Source of the DNA: Polyangiales bacterium | Lineage (GTDB): Bacteria > Myxococcota_A > Polyangia > Polyangiales > Houyiibacteriaceae | Direction of reading: 5' to 3' | Assembly (NCBI GenBank): GCA_045106895.1 | Contig: JBGCFM010000029.1 | Span: 17,539-81,538 of the forward strand | Length of the DNA: 64,000 nucleotides | Part shown: in pieces, positions 59,067 to 64,000 of the stretch | How positions within the stretch are numbered: the first letter of the stretch is position 1 | Layout of the letters: each line of letters opens with the position of its first letter | Made by a program: the position numbers and the translations under genes | Notes under the pieces: model-generated | Seen by the model: only the letters and a program-made list of their open reading frames with translations | The model's database searches: none | Told to the model about the DNA's origin: nothing

Positions 59067-59095
59067 ACTGTACAAACAAACAGTCGCGCTCTCAA
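59067..59095 (-). promoter_or_regulatory. Sigma-70 promoter (TTGAGA-17-TACAGT) overlapped by an SOS-like box CTGT-N8-ACAG
   Basis: Plus-strand GACTGTACAAACAAACAGTC; box 59068-59083; -35 at 59090-59095, -10 at 59067-59072. Confidence 0.7.
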
Positions 59096-59166
59096 GTTCT
59101 CGTGTTCGTTCGGCGAATCACCGCTAGCCCTGGCCGGCGTGATGGCGCCGCCCTACACACGCGCTC

Positions 59167-60339
59167 GTGGGACGAACGGCCATCTTCATTATCTTCATCA
59201 GCGTCGGAACGTTGCTCTGGGGCTCCATCCACTACTACGTGGGAGCGCGCCTTTTCCGTCCGTGGCGTGCGTCCGACAAGACGAAGCGCATCGCCAAGGT
59301 GGCGTTCTGGTTCGGCTTCGCCCTCACGCCTCTCACGCTCTTTGGTTCCAGGCTGTTTCGCGGCGGCGCGCCGGAGGTGCTCGTCTGGCCTGGCCTCGTG
59401 CACATGGGCTTCTTCTTTTTGCTCTTCTGCTTCACCGTATTTCGGGACGTGGGGCTCCTCGGAGTTCGCGGCATCGCGCGCCTCGGGAAGAAACCCGTCA
59501 GCGAGGACCGCCGCGCTTTTCTCACGCGCTCGACCAACGCAGGCGTTCTCGGTCTCACCTCCGCCGTCGGTGGTTTAGGTGTGTACGAGGCGTTGAGTGA
59601 CCCGGAGCTCGTCGAAGTAGACGTGCCAATCAGCGGGCTCCCCACGGCTCTCGACGGCTATCGCATCGCCCAGATCAGCGACGTCCACGTCGGACCCACC
59701 ATCAAACGCGGTTTCGTCGAACATCTCGTCTCGCGCATCAACGCCCTCGACGTGGACATGGTTGCCGTCACCGGTGACCTCGTCGACGGTCAGGTGGACG
59801 TGCTCCGTCCCCATACCAGCGCGTTCTCGGAGATGCGTGGCAAGGACGGGGTGTACTTTTGCACGGGCAACCACGAGTACTACTCCGGCGCTCTCGAGTG
59901 GATCGAAGAAGTCCGGCGCTATGGCTGGATCCCCCTCGTCAACGAGCACCGCCTCGTGGAACGAGATGGGTTTCGCCTGCTCATCGCGGGTTGCACGGAC
60001 CACACCGCCGAGCGGATGATCCCGGAACACAAGACCGACCCCGTAGGGTCTAAGGCCGGCGCTCCGGCTCACGACGCGTCGGTGCTCCTCGCCCACCAGC
60101 CCAGGAGCATCCACGCCGCGGCGGAGGCGGGCTTCGACCTGCAGCTCTCCGGTCACACGCACGGCGGTCAGTTCTTTCCCGTCACTCTCTTCGTGGACTT
60201 GGCGCATCCGTTCGGCATCGGTCTCAACCAAGAAGACCAAACGTGGATCTACGTGAACCGCGGGACGGGCTACTGGGGCCCGCCGATCCGCGCCGGCGTC
60301 CCGTCGGAGATCACTCTCCTTCGTCTTGTGCGCGCGTAG
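59167..60339 (+). CDS. Membrane-anchored metallophosphoesterase (YkuE/YaeI-like)
   Basis: SDVH, GDLVD, GNHEYY, LAHQP, SGHTHGGQ. Confidence 0.92.
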   Translation: MGRTAIFIIFISVGTLLWGSIHYYVGARLFRPWRASDKTKRIAKVAFWFGFALTPLTLFGSRLFRGGAPEVLVWPGLVHMGFFFLLFCFTVFRDVGLLGVRGIARLGKKPVSEDRRAFLTRSTNAGVLGLTSAVGGLGVYEALSDPELVEVDVPISGLPTALDGYRIAQISDVHVGPTIKRGFVEHLVSRINALDVDMVAVTGDLVDGQVDVLRPHTSAFSEMRGKDGVYFCTGNHEYYSGALEWIEEVRRYGWIPLVNEHRLVERDGFRLLIAGCTDHTAERMIPEHKTDPVGSKAGAPAHDASVLLAHQPRSIHAAAEAGFDLQLSGHTHGGQFFPVTLFVDLAHPFGIGLNQEDQTWIYVNRGTGYWGPPIRAGVPSEITLLRLVRA

Positions 60340-61228
60340 TCCAAGCGCTCGCGATGCGCGCGAAGCTTGGCGCCGAGACGCTGCCGCCGTACCCCTCGGG
60401 GACCTCGGCGTAGACCACAACGACGATCTCTGGATGGTCCGCCGGGGCCATGCCGGCAAACCACGCTCCATATCCCGCTTCAAGTCGGCTCGAACCCGTT
60501 TTTCCGGCCACGTTCATCCCATCGATACGGGCGCGGCGACCGGTTCCGTCCCCCTCCGTGGCGGCGCGGAGCATACGGCGCACGCTTTGCGCGTTTTCCG
60601 CGGAGATGACTCGCTCACCACCGTCCCAGCCGTCGGCGGCGAGGGTGGCGTAGGCGCCGGCGAGTTCCATGGGCGTTCCGCGGAAACCGATGCCCGTGCT
60701 CAGCACCAGACCTTCGTTTGAAGCCCAGCGCTCCGCCTCGATGTCTTGTCCAAGGCCAAGCTTCCGCAGGAACGCTCCCACACGTGCGCTGCCAACCTCC
60801 TGGGCGATTTTGGCCGCGCCGATGTTCGAGGAGCGGACGAGCATGAGCTGCGCGTCGAAGGAGTCTTCGGCGTGATGGTCTTGGAGTTCGTACTCCCCCA
60901 GTGTCCACCGTCCTCCTTCGCCATCGAACTGACGCGCGGGGTCGAGGCCGGCGTCCATGGCGGCGCCGAGGGTTAGAGGTTTGAGCGTGGATGCGATCTC
61001 GACGTCTCCCTCAGCGCCGACGTGGGCGCGGGCGAGGACGGCGCGCGTGGCGACGTCGAGGACTAGGATGTCCAGGCGCGTCGCGTCATGTTCTTCGATG
61101 AGCCGTGCCTGCTCAGCCTGAACGGCGGCGGCGAGAGAGGGCGCACCGAGCTCCTGCGGAGCGTCGATTTCTGGAAGGGTTCCGCATCCGAGTGCGGCCG
61201 CCAAGAGCATCAGAGAGCTGTGTTTCAT
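60311..61228 (-). CDS. Stand-alone penicillin-binding transpeptidase-domain lipoprotein
   Basis: Lipobox ALGC; STLK, SSN and KTG motifs; no dimerisation domain. Confidence 0.85.
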   Translation of the reverse strand: MKHSSLMLLAAALGCGTLPEIDAPQELGAPSLAAAVQAEQARLIEEHDATRLDILVLDVATRAVLARAHVGAEGDVEIASTLKPLTLGAAMDAGLDPARQFDGEGGRWTLGEYELQDHHAEDSFDAQLMLVRSSNIGAAKIAQEVGSARVGAFLRKLGLGQDIEAERWASNEGLVLSTGIGFRGTPMELAGAYATLAADGWDGGERVISAENAQSVRRMLRAATEGDGTGRRARIDGMNVAGKTGSSRLEAGYGAWFAGMAPADHPEIVVVVYAEVPEGYGGSVSAPSFARIASAWTTRAQDEGE

Positions 61229-61299
61229 GCGCGCCACAACGGCACCGGAGATTCGCTCTATTCCGCGACTTCCAAGCCGGGCTTTGCTATGGCTAAGAT

Positions 61300-61860
61300 A
61301 TGCGACGCCTCGTTTGCTTGGTCTTGATCAGCGCCTGCGCTCCCCAGCAGACTCAAGAGCTACCGTCCCTCGACCGCGATGAGTCTATCAACCCAGCGCA
61401 GGTGCTCGCGGAGTCCCCGGTCCTTCAGGCTCCGGCGCCTCAACGAAGGCGCGGTCAAGAGCCGGTACCCGACGAAGTCGCCGGGAATGAAGAACTCGCT
61501 GGTGCATTTACAGGGCTGGCGCGCGTCATGGCGGCGATGCGTGAAGCGTCCTCAAGCGCAGCGGAGGCAGCCTCGTCCCCCTGCGAAGCGGGCCGCGCTT
61601 CCTACGCCGCGGCCATTCAGGCCGCATCGGACATCCTGGAGAGTCATCCGCTTCCAGGCGGACGTCAGCCGCCGACGCTGGAGCTTGCGACGCCCCAGCG
61701 CTACGCGGAGCTTTGCGCGTCGTTGCCCATCGGCCTCCAGCGCTGCGCACGCTTCGATTACAAGACAACGCACTACAATGAGTGTGAGACGGCGCGCATG
61801 GCGGTTGGCGAAGAAGAACGCGCAGCCTTCGACGAGCTGGCGCGGCCCGCCACGGAGTGA
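61300..61860 (+). CDS. Hypothetical lipoprotein
   Basis: Lipobox ISAC; four Cys in the mature domain. Confidence 0.65.
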   Translation: MRRLVCLVLISACAPQQTQELPSLDRDESINPAQVLAESPVLQAPAPQRRRGQEPVPDEVAGNEELAGAFTGLARVMAAMREASSSAAEAASSPCEAGRASYAAAIQAASDILESHPLPGGRQPPTLELATPQRYAELCASLPIGLQRCARFDYKTTHYNECETARMAVGEEERAAFDELARPATE

Positions 61861-61888
61861 GCGCTCAGCGCGGACGCAGGCGGTCTTG

Positions 61889-62608
61889 TCACCACTCGAT
61901 CCTCGACCCATCCCAGGCAAAGAACTGGCCGCTCGCGTTCGGCGTCGCCCCATCGATGACTTTCATTAGGTGGTCGACGGATTCTTCGACGGTGAACACC
62001 GTGTACTTTGACCGCGCCGCGAAGGGGGCACTCAAGTCCGTCGCAACGGTCCCGGGATGGAGAGCGAGGACCACGAGCTCCTTGACGCGACGCCCGAGCT
62101 CGATGGATATGTTGCGGAGGAACATGTTGAGCGCTGCTTTGGAAGCGCGGTAGCCGTACCAGCCGCCGAGCCCATTGTCTCCGATGCTGCCGACGCGCGC
62201 GGACAGAGCCGCGAAGACCGGTCGTGGACCTCCGAGTAAGTTGCCGAAGTGCTTCGCCACCAAAAGTGGGCCAATCGCATTCACGGAAAAGCTGTGCAGA
62301 AGCGCGTCGGGGTGGATGGACTTTAGGTTCTTCTCCGGAGTCACAGTGTCGTCGTGAAGAACTGCGGCGGTGATCACGATGGCTTCGAGATGACGGTCAC
62401 CGAGCCACTCGCGCAGCGTATGCGCAGCGCGCTCCACGCTCGCTTCGTCTTGAAGATCGAGCTGTAGCTCGCCGCCCCCCGCGGCAAGGGCGGTCTGCAG
62501 CGATCTCGCCGCGCAAATGACGAGGTGGCCGCGCTCCCGATACGCCGCCGCGAAGCCCGCGCCGATGCCTCGGGAGCCGCCGACGATGAGGATAGGTTCT
62601 TTGGTCAC
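61889..62608 (-). CDS. SDR family oxidoreductase (C-factor/CsgA-like)
   Basis: GGSRGIG, VNAIGPLL, SARVGSIGDN.LGGWYGYRASKAALN, LHPGTV.TDLS. Confidence 0.88.
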   Translation of the reverse strand: MTKEPILIVGGSRGIGAGFAAAYRERGHLVICAARSLQTALAAGGGELQLDLQDEASVERAAHTLREWLGDRHLEAIVITAAVLHDDTVTPEKNLKSIHPDALLHSFSVNAIGPLLVAKHFGNLLGGPRPVFAALSARVGSIGDNGLGGWYGYRASKAALNMFLRNISIELGRRVKELVVLALHPGTVATDLSAPFAARSKYTVFTVEESVDHLMKVIDGATPNASGQFFAWDGSRIEW

Positions 62609-62646
62609 CCAAAGAGCGTAGGGCCATGTTCGGGGATGGAAACGCC

Positions 62647-64000
62647 TCAGCCCAGCCGAACTTCGAAGGACTCACCGGACTGGGTCACGGCAAAACGTGG
62701 AAGCCCGAAGGCAGCGATGACGGCGATGTTGGTCCAAGAATGAAGGCTCGGCTTCGTCGTCGTGAATGAGCCTCCTCCGGCGAGGGCTATCGGAAGCAGC
62801 AGCTGATCGGCGAGGTATTCATCCACGCCGACGCCCGCCGCGTACCACTCCATGAACTGCGCGCTGACCTTCCCCGCGACCTCCTCCGCCGGCGTGCTCT
62901 TCTCGCCGATGGCGGAGAAGACGTTTACCGCGCTATTCCCATTGTCTTCGCTCTCGCCCCAGGCGATGAGCCAACACGCGTTTCCCGGGCCTGGAGAACG
63001 TACCGTGCCCGCATGAAGCGTCATGGCCAGCGGGACACCGGTTTCGACCGCGATGAGTTCCCGGCGTGCGATGCCTTCGGGCAGGCCCGCGACGATGGCG
63101 TGAGCTTCGAGCTCCAAGTCCGCGTGGTCGTAAACGGCGTGATACTCGCGAAGCGCGCTCGCTCCCTTGAACGTCGCCACGACCTCGCCGCCACCGGCAG
63201 GAAAGAAGCCCACGCGGGTCATCTTGAGGTCCATCTGGACCCCCATTCGGCGGACGCAAGGAAGCCATGCCTCCAGGACAAAGGGAATCGGCGGCGCCCA
63301 GCGAGCGTGGGTGCCGCCGCCGATGCGAACCGATGACGGACCTTCTGCCAGCGCCAAGGGCATCGCGATGGTCTGAAGAACGAGCGCGACGGACCCTGCC
63401 GTGCCCACGTCGAACGCGTACTCACCGCTGCGAACCTCGCCGGGCTCGAAGACGAGCTCGGACGAGTGGAGGGACGCGCCCTGGACCTTGGCGCCGGAAA
63501 TGGCGCGCGCCGCCTCGACGCAGGTGAGGTGCTGTCGCTTGAGACCGGGCTTTCGCCGGCCCGCGCGAATGTTCACGAGGCGAAAAGGCTGCCCCGTGAG
63601 CATGGAGAGTGTCAGCGACGAACGCAGGATTTGACCCCCGCCTTCGCCGGCGCTTCCGTCGATGGTGAGCATGCCGTCTCCCGCCACGACGACGTCCACG
63701 GACGAGTCACGGGCTTCGGCGACCACCGCCACGGGCTGCGGTAGCGCATGGAGGCCGCCTTCGCGGTCCCAAACGAGCGCACCTTCGTCGTCCCGCATCT
63801 CGATGACGCGGTGATACGGAAGGAACGCCTTCGTGCCGACCTCCGGGTCTTTGACGAGAATGCCTTCGCCCTCGATCTTTTCGATGCGGCTGCCCACGAC
63901 GGAGCGCTGGTCATTCGGCGCGCCGCGATGCGTGACCACGAGGCAGAGCTGGTGGAGGTTTCGGTTCCGCCACTTTGCCGTGTTCAAGATGTTTCGAATC
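62647..64000 (-). CDS. rtcA: RNA 3'-terminal phosphate cyclase with N-terminal MJ1316/DUF504 domain (start just outside window)
   Basis: IDGSAGEGGGQILRSSL, NIRAGRRKPGLKRQHL, GGTH, EYLADQL, LHSWTN; N-terminal HRGAP..D and PYHRV..VWDR. Confidence 0.92.
   Translation of the reverse strand, partial: IRNILNTAKWRNRNLHQLCLVVTHRGAPNDQRSVVGSRIEKIEGEGILVKDPEVGTKAFLPYHRVIEMRDDEGALVWDREGGLHALPQPVAVVAEARDSSVDVVVAGDGMLTIDGSAGEGGGQILRSSLTLSMLTGQPFRLVNIRAGRRKPGLKRQHLTCVEAARAISGAKVQGASLHSSELVFEPGEVRSGEYAFDVGTAGSVALVLQTIAMPLALAEGPSSVRIGGGTHARWAPPIPFVLEAWLPCVRRMGVQMDLKMTRVGFFPAGGGEVVATFKGASALREYHAVYDHADLELEAHAIVAGLPEGIARRELIAVETGVPLAMTLHAGTVRSPGPGNACWLIAWGESEDNGNSAVNVFSAIGEKSTPAEEVAGKVSAQFMEWYAAGVGVDEYLADQLLLPIALAGGGSFTTTKPSLHSWTNIAVIAAFGLPRFAVTQSGESFEVRLG

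Overview
GC-rich bacterial chromosomal segment, most likely a myxobacterium of the Polyangia/Sandaracinaceae type. This placement is inferred from the Ser/Thr kinases, sigma-54 activator, Cys-rich lipoproteins, DAG-repeat linkers and GKAD motif. About 57 genes were identified. Housekeeping: miaA, mutL, mutS2, eno, ybeY, HU, lgt, sppA, dusB, corA, bfr/bfd, folB-cupin, ino1. Also present: an orphan Dam-type methylase, a MrfA/MrfB-like (YprA/YprB) helicase-exonuclease pair, an RtcA cut off at the window edge, and many surface lipoproteins. No rRNA, tRNA, CRISPR array, transposase or phage genes were seen. Most notable observations: (1) an unannotated 44-aa Cys-rich ORF overlapped by a branched RNA structure in the leader of a MATE gene, divergent from a Fur-box bfd promoter; (2) an MJ1316/DUF504 domain fused to RtcA; (3) a MutL lacking its endonuclease motifs, in the same window as a Dam methylase whose promoter sits inside a 42-bp palindrome; (4) a dispersed ~100-bp hairpin repeat; (5) apparently pervasive leaderless promoters; (6) a CTGT-N8-ACAG SOS-like box on the mrfAB promoter. 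All calls come from reading the sequence by eye; no database searches were run.
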